From the human T2T-CHM13v2.0 reference genome, Homo sapiens, in assembly GCF_009914755.1 (NCBI RefSeq), contig NC_060939.1: a stretch of 64,000 bases of DNA, one strand, 5' to 3'. Below are positions 1 through 15,820 of the stretch, in pieces (positions within the stretch are counted from its first letter, which is position 1; each line of letters begins with the position of its first letter). The notes below the pieces were generated by a model, which saw only the letters and a list, made by a program, of their open reading frames with translations, had not been told where the DNA came from and searched no databases. The translations under genes were made by a program, and so were the position numbers.

Positions 1-262
1 AAGCATATGAAAAGCCTTCATGATACTGGCCTTGGCAATGTTTTTTTAAAATATGATATCAAAAATATAGCAATAAAAGGAGACATAAACTTGTAGTGCA
101 TTAAAGTATTGTACACAGCAAAAAATAAGAAAACATTTAAGATAGGATAAAATATTTGCAAACTATATATGATAAGAGGTTAATATTCAAAATATAGCAG
201 AAACTCATACAAATCAGAAGCTAAACAATAATAATTATAATACCCAACTAAAAAATAAGCAA
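1..262 (+). mobile_element. Old L1M (L1MA-like) ORF2 3' fragment, left part
   Basis: Degenerate L1 ORF2-end motifs (aaaatatttgcaaactat...gataagaggttaatattcaaaatata); continues collinearly at 6384 after the younger L1 insertion. Confidence 0.75.
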
Positions 263-486
263 AAGACTAAATTTTTTTATATTATTATACTTTAATTTTA
301 GGGTACATGTGCACAACGTGCAGGTTTGTTACATATGTATACATGTGCCATGTTGCTTTGCTGCACCCATTAACTTGTCATTTAGTATTAGGTATATCTC
401 CTAATGCTATCCCTCCCCCCTCCCCCACCCCACAACAGGCCCCGGTGTCTGATGTTCCCCTTCCTGTGTTCATGTGTTCTCATTGT

Positions 487-4302
<3,816 letters not shown>

Positions 4303-4365
4303 TATGATGTTAGCTGGTTATTTTGCTCATTAGTTGATGCAGTTTCTTCCTAGCCTCAATGGCCT

Positions 4366-5363
4366 TTACAATTTGGCATGTTTTTGCAGTGGCTGCTACC
4401 AGTTTTTCCTTTCCATGTTTAGTGCTTCCTTCAGGAGCTCTTTTAGGGCAGGCCTGGTGGTGACAAAATATCTCAGCATTTCCTTGTCTGTAAAGGATTT
4501 TATTTCTCCTTCACTTATGAAGCTTAGTTTGGCAGGATATGAAATTCTGGGTTGAAAATTCTTTACTTTAAGAATGTTGAATATTGGTCCCCACTCTCTT
4601 CTGGCTTGTAGAGTTTCTGCTGAGAAGTCTGATGGGCTTCCCTTTGTGGGTAACCTGACCTTTTTCTCTGGCTGCCCTTAACATCTTTTCCTTCATTTCA
4701 ACTTTGGTGAATCTGACAATGATGTGTCTTGGAGTTGCTCTTCTCGAGGAGTATCTTTGTGGTATTCTCTGTATTTCCTGAATTTGAATGTTGGCCTGCC
4801 TTGCTAGATTGTGGAAGTTCTCCTGGATAATATCCCGCTGACTGTTTTCCAACTTGGTTCCATTCTCCCCGTCACTTTCAGGTACACCAATGCGACATAG
4901 ATTTGGTCTTTTAACATAGTCCCATATTTCTTGGAGGCTTTGTTCATTTCCTTTTATTCTTTTTTCTGTAAACTTCTCTTTATGTTTCATTTCATTCATT
5001 CCATCTTCCATTGCTGATACCATTTCTTCCAGTAGATCACATCGGTTAATGAGGCTTGTGCATTCGTCAGGTAGTTCTTGTGTCATGGTTTTCAGCTCCA
5101 TCAGGTACTTTAAGGACTTCTCTGCATTGGATATTCTAGTTATCCATTCGTCTAATTTTATTTCAGTTTTTAACCTCTTTGACATTGGTTTGAACTTCCT
5201 CCTTTAGCTCAGAGTTGTTTGATCTTCTGAAGCTTTCCTCTCTCAACTCGTCATTCTCCATCCAGCTTTGTTCCGTTGCTGGTGAGGAGCTGTGTTCCTT
5301 TGGAGGAGGAGAGGTGCTATGATTTTTAGAGTTTCCAGTTTTTCTGCTCTGTTTTTTCCCCAT
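4366..5363 (-). pseudogene. L1 ORF1 (RNA-binding protein), frameshifted
   Basis: MGKKQSRKTGNSKN start (5363); second frame with SLQEIWDYVKRPNL...RRATPRHIIVRF; stop at 4366. Confidence 0.95.
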
Positions 5364-6373
5364 CTTTTGGTCTTTGATGATGGTGACGTACAGATGGGTT
5401 TTGGTGTGGATGTCCTTTCTGTTTGTTAGTTTTCCTTCTAACAGTCAGGACCCTCAGCTGCTGGTCTGTTGGAGTTTACTGGAGTTCCACTCCAGACCCT
5501 GTTTGCCTGGGTATCAGCAGCGGTGGCTGCAGAACAGCGGATATTGGTGAACCACAAATGCTGCTGCCTGATGGTTCCTCTGGAAGTTTTGTCTCAGAGG
5601 AGTACCCGGCCATGTGAGGTGTCAGTCCACCGCTACTGGGGGGTGCCTCCCAGTTAGGCTACTCGGAGGTCAGGGACCCACTTGAGGGGCAGCCTGCCCA
5701 TTCTCTGATCTCAAGCTGTGTACTGGGAGAACCACTACTCTCTTCAAATCTGTGGGACAGGGAGAATTATGTCTGCAGAGGTTATTGCTGTCTTTTGTTT
5801 GTCTGTGCCCTGCCCCCAGAGGTGGAGCCTACAGAGACAGGCAGGCCTCCTTGAGCTGTGGTGGACTCCACCCAGTTCGAGCTTCCTGGCTGCTTTGTTT
5901 ACCTACTCAAGCCTGAGCAATGGTGGGAGCCCCACCCCCAGCCTCACTGTCACCTTGCAGTTTGATCTCAGACTGCTGTGCTAGCAATGAGCAAGGCTCC
6001 ATGGGTGTGGGACCCTCCGAGCCATGTGCAGGATATAATCTCCTGGTGTGCTGTTTGTGAAGCTGGTTGTAAAAGTGCAGTATTAGGGTGAGAGTGACCC
6101 GATTTTCCAGGTGCCATCTGTCACCCCTTTCTTTGACTAGGAAAGGGAATTCCCTAACCCCTTGTGCTTCCCAGGTGAGGTGATGCCTCACCCTGCTTCG
6201 GCTCATGCACGGTGTGCTGTTCCCACTGTCCTGCACCCACTGACCAGCACTCCCCAGTGAGATGAGCCTGGTACCTTAGTTGGTAATGCAGAAATCACCC
6301 ATCTTCTGTGTCACTCACGTTGGGAGCTGTAGACTGGAGCTGTTCCTATTCGGCCCTCTTGGCTCCACTGACC
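5364..6373 (-). promoter_or_regulatory. L1 5'UTR with sense and antisense promoters
   Basis: Typical L1PA 5'UTR; retains the ~129-bp segment (~5471-5600) lost in younger L1s; YY1 site altered (CAAGAGGGCC). Confidence 0.85.
5920..6060 (+). pseudogene. L1 ORF0 homologue, truncated (46 aa)
   Basis: Manual translation MVGAPPPASLSPCSLISDCCASNEQGSMGVGPSEPCAGYNLLVCCL*; matches ORF0 N-terminus; premature TGA. Confidence 0.85.
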
Positions 6374-6383
6374 AAGACTAAAT

Positions 6384-7290
6384 ATTTTATACAAACATAT
6401 TGAAATGGCCAACAGATATGTAGAAAGATGCTAAACATTACCATTCATGAGAAAATTGCAAATCAAAAGATACCACTTTACAGCAGTGGAAAGGTTAATA
6501 TCAAAAAAAGAAACATGACTAGTTTTAACAAGGATGTGACAAAATATTTCTGTACAGTTTTAATGAGTTGCAGACTGGAAGAGTCATGAAAATTAGTAAG
6601 CAGTTTATTTTAAAAAATAGACTATCGTACAATCCCGAAATTTCACTTCTGTAAATAAACAAAATAAAATCAGCATCTCAAAAATTATCTGCACTCCTGT
6701 ATTCAATGCAGCATTATTCACAACTGTCAAGGATATTTTTTTTAAATGACTTATCTGTAGATGCTGAATGGATAAGGAAAATGTGGTATAAATAGACAAC
6801 CGAATATTATTCACCCATAAAAAAGAATGAAATTCTGCTATTTCAACAACATGAATGGACCTGGGTACATTATGATACGCAAAATAAGCCAGGCACAGAA
6901 AGACAAACACTGTGTGTTTGCACTTAAATGGAGAATTTAAAAAGCCTGAACTTATAGAAGCAGAGTGTACAATGGTAATGACCAGGCCTGCAGGTAGAAA
7001 AAATGAGAAGGTGTTCAAAGAGTACAAACTTTCATTTATAAGATAAATAAGTTTTGGGGGTCTAATGTACAGCCTTAAGATGTAGTTAATAACAGTGTTT
7101 TGTATGCTTAAAATTTGCTACAACAGTAGGAGACCTCAAATGCTCTCACTACAAAAAACATAACCATGTGAGGTGACAAAAATGTTCATCAACTTAATTG
7201 TATTAAACATTTTACAATATATATCTATCAAATTTTTATAATGTACACAATACATAATTATGCAATTTTTGTTGGTCAAAAATTAATGTT
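6384..7290 (+). mobile_element. Old L1M (L1MA-like) ORF2 end and 3'UTR, right part
   Basis: aaatggccaacagatatg...aaaaagaatgaaattctg...tagttaataacagtgttttgtatgcttaaaatttgcta, typical L1MA 3' end. Confidence 0.8.
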
Positions 7291-7440
7291 ATGTACACAT
7301 GCATATATTCATATAAGTGTGTATATAGACATATATAAAACATATACATATATATCAATTACATATGTTGTTATGTATATAATTGTGTGTGTGTGTATAT
7401 ATGTATATATATATATACATATATACACACACATACATAT
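7290..7440. repeat. (TA)n/(TG)n/(CA)n compound microsatellite
   Basis: Alternating purine-pyrimidine tract. Confidence 0.85.
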
Positions 7441-8576
7441 CAATGACAAAATCCTAGTAAGCTTCAAACTAAACAAGGCAAAATTATAAAATGATAACTA
7501 TTTAAAAATCAGGAAACAAATGGGTATTTAATACATGCTCAGCTATATTTTGAGTTCCTCAATGGCAAAGTACATGTTTTAAATGTAGAAAGTAGATACA
7601 TTAAACCATATTACAGTTTAGGAATTATGGCACAGAGTGTTTACAGTATTAGCCTCAATACATACCAAAAGCTTAAAATTTTGAAGTAAAATAACATTTG
7701 GTTTTATTATATGGGGCAGATGCTTAGTATTCTGATAAAATTATTGAGTATGAATTTCTGTAGAATCACTTTTGAAACCTTCACAGGATATGAAATTATA
7801 AAGCAGAAAACTTACAACATCTGGATGTGGTGTTTCTGTGATTTCTAAACCAAATCCCAATATCTCCACTACTCTCACACATTTTAGACAAGACTCAAAA
7901 TGGAAATTAGAAAATGTTTATCATAGAGTTCCTTAAAAATCACAGACAGCTCCATGTCTTCAAAAGCAATAAAAGAGCAAGCAGCCATGTCCTCCAGTCC
8001 CTTGTAAGCCATGCAAAGGGCTTTGATTTTCTTTGTAACCTAGAAGAATGATCGTTGAAGGGGAAGTTAAGTCCTAGAAAATTGAAGATCATGGGGCAGA
8101 GGATGTCAGTCTCTAATGAAAGCAAGAGAAATAAATCAAGGCTTCTCAGAAAAGATTTCCATTGAAGCATAGCTACGCAAACCATACTTTAAGATCTGGC
8201 TTTCTCCTTGACCTTTGGACATCTCATCTCTGTCATCTGCCTTATTCACTCCCACCTATTTGGATGTTTGGCTACTATCCCCTGTCTCCTCACACTCTGG
8301 GGCTTTTTCTTTTACTCAGTGTAGGTGATCAGGCTTAGCTTAGAGAACAGCCAAGGACTGTGTATTAGAAAAATTAATATGACTTATGCTGTGATTTTCC
8401 AATTACTACTTAGTATTCTGCTCGGTGGAAAAAAACAGAACATTATAAAAGAGTCTAAAAATGTAATACCAAATACTATTTCCACACAGAAACCTTATGA
8501 TATTTAACAACTTTTCTAAATTTGTGGATCCTTAGCTCCATAACCCAGTGCTGCTGAATCAAAACTTGGTGGGGGT

Positions 8577-8695
8577 TGCCTGGGCCTGGTGACTCACACC
8601 GCCTATCACAGCACTTGGAGAGGCCAAGGCAGGCAAATAACTTAAGCCCAGGAGTTTGAGGCCAGCCTTGGAAACATCACGAGACCTAGTCTACA
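8577..8695 (+). mobile_element. Alu left monomer (FLAM/AluJ-like)
   Basis: ggtgactcacacc...cagcacttggagaggccaagg...gcccaggagtttgaggccagcc. Confidence 0.8.
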
Positions 8696-8890
8696 GGTTG
8701 AGGGTGGGGAGGAGGGGGAAAGGTGGTGGTAATGGGAGGTGGTAATGCGATTATAAGGTGTGGGCAACCATATTTTGTGCCTCTAAATTTGTGGAGTTAC
8801 CACTAATCTAAAATTAAGGATACAGATCAGCTGAAGAAAGAAAAAGACTTATGTCGAGATGAAACCTCGTGAGGGTCTGCAGCTGCAATA

Positions 8891-8905
8891 CCGCCAGGTG
8901 GCAGC
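8891..8905 (+). promoter_or_regulatory. CTCF core-motif match
   Basis: CCGCCAGGTGGCAGC fits the CTCF core consensus; binding not demonstrable. Confidence 0.45.
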
Positions 8906-9754
8906 ATCCCACCTCTTTCGCCTGGCTGCAGCCCCACCAGGAGCCCGGCTCCAGCCGGGGCACTGCAGCAGGTACTAGACCTGGAAGGCGCAGGCGCGGG
9001 TTTCCTGCCCTCCGGGGTGTCTTCCTGCTCCCAGGACCCCAGGCAATTCAATTCATTCATCAAGCGCCGCTGCAACCATCCAAGTTGGGGCAGCAGGTCC
9101 CACAGTCGCCAGCCAAGATCTCCGCTCCAGAACCGTGGGCTGCTTTCCCGTGGGAAGGACATTGTCTTCGCCAGCCACGAAGAAATCCGTCCCTGTGCAC
9201 CCTGTTTCCCATTGCCACCAACGTCGTGTAAACTCTAGTCCTGAGGACACGAGAGAGACCCAGACCTGGCTCCGTGGACAGACTCGGTGCCACGGCTTCC
9301 ACCAGATGGACGGGTGCACTCTACAAATCTCGGGGCCCACTGCACCAAGGAGACAGAAAGAAGCAAACAAAGGAAGGACCCTATGAAACGCACCCCCAAA
9401 GCAACCAACCAATCCAAGAAAAAAAAAACACGTCTCAGGTCTCCATTGATTTTCCCGCATGGCTGGCCCTGACCCCCTGTTCTAGCCTGGCCCAAGCACC
9501 CTCCACCTCACCCCGACCTGCTCAAAGTGCCCTGTCTACCTGAGCAGAGGCTCCCTCTCCAAGGCTCTGTCTCTCTCGCTCTACAACTCCCTCACCCTCT
9601 CCCTTTCTCTACTTCCCCCTCCAACTCTCGCTCTTCTGTCACCTTCTGTCTCTCTCCCCCTCCACTTTTCTCTCTCTCCCCCCATTTGTATCTCTCCATC
9701 CCAGTCTCCCTAGCTCTCTTTCAAGCTGTGTCTGTGTCTTCGTCTATATGTCCT

Positions 9755-9905
9755 TGTGTGTGTGTCCGTGTGTGACCGTGTGCGTGTATCCTTGTGTCCG
9801 TGTGTGTGTCTTTGTGTGTCCGTGTGTGTGTGTCCGTGTGTGTGTGTCTGTGTGTGTGTCCATGTGTGCCTGTGTGCATGCACACGTGTGTACCTGTGTG
9901 TGTGT
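9755..9905. repeat. Interrupted (TG)n microsatellite
   Basis: gtgtgtgtccgtgtgtg... preceded by a polypyrimidine tract (~9570-9720). Confidence 0.9.
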
Positions 9906-11787
9906 CGGGGTGGGTTTGCTCGTGGTAGTGGTGGGGTTTGTCTGTGTGTCCCTCAGCCCCTCTTTCCCGGGGATCAGGCTGCCAGGGCTCTAGTGCCAGC
10001 GCGTGACAAAGAAGGGCCTTCCTGTCCCATTGGCCACGGGCAGGTCCTCGTCGGGACAAGCGACGATGGTGTGGACCTTGTGAGAAAAAGGGCCCGCAGG
10101 CCTGGGCTGGCTGTTCGCCCCTGGGCAGCCCTGACAGCTCTGGGTGTGTGGGCCAAGAGGGGGCCTTGCAGGAGGGGTGCAAGGGATTCAAAACAATTTT
10201 TTCCGCTGCAAGGTGGAAGACCAGAGGGGATCCCAGGACTGTGGGTCCCGGGCCCTGACGCCTCCGAGCACACCCTGTCCTGAGCAGGCCAGATGTGTTG
10301 GAAACTCAGGAGCTCGCAAGCTGGGGGAAGGCCTGGAGTGTCAGCGAAAGGGAGGCCGCCTGGTGGGCCTTGAGCCTGGGCAGGGGACTGAGGCATCACG
10401 GCCTGACGAAGGATTCCTGTTTCCTGCAACATGGGGAGTCTCCAAAATGGCCTATTTGGAAACGAAAGGAGAGCGAAGACACGATGCTGCTTTTCCACGC
10501 TTCGCTGGAGGTTTCTGTGCCCCACAGAGCTCGGGAAACAAACAGTCAACATGGTCACGCTTTCGGGGGCCAGAGACACGTGAGCAGCAGGCCCACTTGC
10601 AGAGGGCAAAGGAACGTGGAATCTGGAATCATGGTTCACTCGGCTTGAGTGTGACTCCTGTGTGGATGGAAGTATCTGCCTCGCACTCTGTTGCAGGCTC
10701 AGCGTGGGGATATGTTATCTGTGAACCATGTGGATGAAAAACGGACAACCATTCGAGTCTCGGCTCTGTTCTTTGGGGAATTCGCTCATTCCTTGGGAGG
10801 TGGAATTCCTCTGAATCGCTCCCGGATGAAGTAACCCAGGCTGGCAATCCCGAGGGTCGGTGAGTGCACAGCCGGCCGCACTGGGCACCCAACATTTTCC
10901 CGCAGTTCGAAGTCCTGCTGGTCCTGGAGGCAGAAGACTGCTTTTCTCTTTGCCTTCCTTTCTCTGTTTCTTGCTCTTTTTCTCCCTCTGTCCATCCTTC
11001 CCTCTGTTCTTCCTTCTCTCCCTGTCTCCCTCCCTGTCTCCCTCCCTCCCTCTGTTCTTCTCTCCTTCCCTCTCTCCCTCCATCCATACCTCCCTTTCTC
11101 CCTCCTTCCCTTCCTCGCTTCCTCTCTTTTTCTTTCCCTCCCTCCCTCCTTCCCTTCCAAGGTCCGTCCTTTCCTCCCTCTGTCCCTCTCTCTCACTTTG
11201 TCTCCGTTCCTTTCCCCGTCTCTGCCTGGCTTCCTTCCCGCCTAGAAAGGGCAGTACCACGGTTTGCGCGAGATCTCGGGGTCTACATTTAGTTGCTGGG
11301 GGCTCCACGTGATGACGAGGAGGATGGCAGGGCACGGGTGGGCGAGGGAGGGTGGAGCGGGGAGGTAGTGGAGTTGAGCTGCGGAAAGGAGAGCAGGGCT
11401 GGCCGCTGCCCGGGTCGGTATTTCCCGGAATGAAGGTCTCAGCCTACACCACTGAAGAACACGGGGGCAGGGGGGTGTACTGTGTGTGGGGGCGGGGGAA
11501 GGGATGAGAGCCCTGCCTGGGCTGATCCCAAACCCTAGCCAGCGGTCCACGGACCTGTGCATGCGCAGTAGACGGCCCATCTCTGAGTACCTGGGCTGGC
11601 TCTGAAATCCTTGGGGTGCTCAGGAAAGAATGACAGCCCTCCTTTCTGTGGAGTCTCTCGCCGGACCTGGACTCAGGGATCCTAGACAGGTCAGCTGGAA
11701 GGGAAGACACAGGTCTCCATACAGAGCCAGAGGTTCACCACGAAAGAGGAGCCACCGCCCTGCCCCCACCCGGTCCCAACCCCCGTC

Positions 11788-12815
<1,028 letters not shown>

Positions 12816-12869
12816 TCAGTTGGCCTCTGTGCTGCACGCAGGTCCAGGCAGGAGTATGACCCCGCCAGT

Positions 12870-12950
12870 GGCCCTTATAAAGACCCACCAGCTTCACCCC
12901 TTCATGAATATGCATGAGCACCCAAGGGCCCTGGGTAACCCGCCCTCCGA
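12870..12950 (-). promoter_or_regulatory. DUX-type proximal promoter (GC box, DBE-like element, TATAA)
   Basis: Minus strand: GGGCGG (12940-12945), ATTCATGAAGGGGTG, TTTATAAGGG (TATAA at 12875-12879), about 130 bp upstream of the ATG. Confidence 0.65.
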
Positions 12951-13257
12951 AGGGCCCAGAAACCACAGACACAGGGCCTTGTGTGGTAGGTGAAGGTGGG
13001 GCCAGATCGGCAGGGAAAGGGGGGCTTCTGGGGCTGGCTCTCTGAGTTCTCCACAATTCTACAGAAACTGGAAGTTTCTCTCTGGGCTCACACAAGATTT
13101 CAGGGAGAAACCACCCTGGAAGGGTGGAGTGTGGAACTGAATCTCCATGATAGTCTTGAGTTTTCCAGTCCCTCTCCCTGAAGGCGGCAATGCCTGTGGG
13201 TGTCGCCGTTGCCGTGATAGTCTCACACACGCAGGTGTGTGGATCTCCTTCATTTTC

Positions 13258-15820
13258 TTTTTTTATTTTCATTTTTTATTTCTACCTCTTAAAGTCAATG
13301 TTGAAGTCACAAGTGTAAAATGAATGCATTTAAAAACATAAAAGATGCATTTCAATGACAAGAAATATGCAATGATCATGAAAATCTACTGTACGCTTTG
13401 CCAAGGTCAAAGAATGAAAGACAATATGGAAAAGCCATTCTTCAAATATATCCTTAACAAAAACTCTCTCCTACATAGTAAAAGCATCATCTAAACAGCA
13501 GCTCCAACCGAGAAAAAACAAAAAATAAAAAAAATAACACAGCAGGGTAGATGGGACAGATAACTTTCCCCAGGTTTTCCAGATAAAAACATGTGGTCAC
13601 CACGAATTCAAGGTAACTTCAAAATCCACATTTAACTGAAAATAAAATGAGCATTTCTGACAGATGACAACAGCATGATACTGATTTTTTCTTTCCTAGA
13701 TACAAATGATATGGGGCATTTCTTAACAGTTTAGTAATCATCTAAGAATAACTGTAGAAATAATCCCAATTCCACCATCCCAGCCACTGGTATAAAACAA
13801 GTAACCTTCCACTGATACTGTCTTTCACATAACTAAAATATCATCACTTACTTGGAACAATTTCATGCTTACACATGATCACAAACACTTGTTTTTAGAT
13901 GTTGTGGAATTATTGGAGCTGAGATTTTTGAAACAATATATGAATCTTAGCAGAGAGCAAATAATCCTTTCACCATACATTGATTGGGCTTCCTTAACCA
14001 AATCTGAGCAACTACTATAATAATAATGCTAGTGGTAATCCATGATACTCTCAATTTTTTCCCTTTAAGAAATATATAATCCATGTAACTCTAGCAAATA
14101 TGTTACATTGCACACTTTCTTAACAAGGAATGGCTGTTTTCAGGCCTTATTAGGAAAACAAAGAAACAAACAATGGCAGTTACTATCTGTTTTTTATCAC
14201 CGATAAGCTACAATAATGCTCAAATATGACAGTATAATTGTATGATATTAAGTAAGAAATGAAAGCCATTATAGTTTTACCAAAAGAAACATAAAAAATA
14301 TGGGAAGAAGTCAAATGAGCATGGCGTAAGTCCCAAAGATTACACTATGATTCTGTACAGTATTTTCTAAACAAAGCGTATCTACATACAATTTCTGTGA
14401 ATATTTCTTGTACTAGAAATATCCAAAGCAAATGTAGGCTCAGCCCTACCTTGTCAAAGATAAATATTCAGATAAACTAGAAGTTCCATCTGCTAAAGTG
14501 CATCCGCTGACCAGGTCTACAATGGCGCTGCTACTTACAGCCATCTAAGAAAGTGGCCTCACTCATGCTCATTCACTCGTTCTGTGGCCTATCAAGAGTT
14601 ACACATAACAATGGTTTTGCTTTTTTTAAAAAAAACAAATACTTTTATACAGTGAACTACAGAAAAAACAATTCTAAATATACTTTAAAAATTCTAGAGA
14701 GTTAAGGTAACCTCATTTTTAAAAATATTGAAAATGTAAAGGGTCCATATAAAGAGTTGTATTAAGTATATATTTCCTATTTTAATAATTCACTTGCTGT
14801 CCTCTTAAAATCTCTATGAGAGAAGCAGATATTTTACTCATGTCTTTTGGCAAGAGATTCAAAAGCAAAAGTAGCAGGGCTGTAAAATTTCATAAAATTT
14901 GTGGGATTTTTTAAAATCTAAATTATTCAATATTTTGTATTGTTATTGCACTCATGTATTGCCCAGAATATATATACAGCAACCCAGCAATAGTGATTGC
15001 AACAAAAGTAAGGTAAATAGATCTACAAAGCATTTGATTTCTTTATTAGATAAATGAAGTTTTCATTTATCTAATAAATTCAGATCAGGTTACATAAGCT
15101 TAACAATTACTTAAACCTCATATAAAATTAAATCTAACCCTCACCCCTACAGATCTGTAAGGAGTCACTGTCAGGAATCTACAGGACTTGGCTCGTATTT
15201 ACATTCGATGCACACTTAGAAATTTCATAAATGATGAGATGCAGGCCAAGGGGATTCCTCAAAGGGCTCCACCCAAAAGGAAAAGAAAAAGAGTTAAACA
15301 GAGAATTACCACTTACGTATTTGTGGGTAATCAGCTTATTCCTCAGCCTCTAGACAGTGAGGAGGATGAAAAAATGGAAGAAGATAACAAAGAAGAGGAA
15401 GAAAAAGATCACAGTGAAGCGATGAAGCCAGAAGAGCCACCTCAAAATTTACTGACAGAAAAAATCATGAAGCTGACTCTCCCTGAATCTTTAAAAGCTT
15501 ACTTGACATATTTTAGAGACAAATAACTTAGATCAAGAAGAAAGAATGCCTACTGATAATTCCTTTAGTCTTGAAAATGTAGCATTTGTTAGGAATTAAA
15601 AGAATTATTTATTTCATCAGAGCAAATTATAGTGGAAAAAATATCTACTTGTTACTGTCAGTAACATAAATGATGTATTGAGTGAATAAAAGAATCCCTT
15701 TTATAAAATCTATTTTTCTTTAAATCTTGGAAAATTGTTGTTTCGCCTCAGAGTGATTTCAAAGTGGAATGTAACAGTAGTCAAGACTTGTGTGCTATAA
15801 ATCCTTTTCTGATTTCTTAC
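13258..15820. pseudogene. PCMTD1: PCMTD1 processed pseudogene fragment with 5' inversion
   Basis: 15168-15526 (+) encodes VRNLQDLARIYIR...PESLKAYLTYFRDK*, the PCMTD1 C-terminus; 13258-15167 is AT-rich 3'UTR-like sequence on the minus strand with AATAAA/A tail; TSD GGATCTC(C/G)TTCATTTTC at 13241-13257 and 15821-15837. Confidence 0.9.

Larger units (their letters stand above)
8835..10392. repeat. Single SST1 (NBL2/MER22) macrosatellite monomer
   Basis: ~1.5-kb GC-rich unit with internal (TG)n tract and GAGCTC (SstI) site at 10310; blocks such as gggacaagcgacgatggtgtg and caaaacaattttttccgc resemble the recalled SST1 consensus; left edge approximate. Confidence 0.7.

Noticed and set aside
15188-15526. 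Open PCMTD1 C-terminal ORF as a functional gene
   Set aside because: TTG start, lacks the methyltransferase domain, and is the inverted piece of a retrocopy
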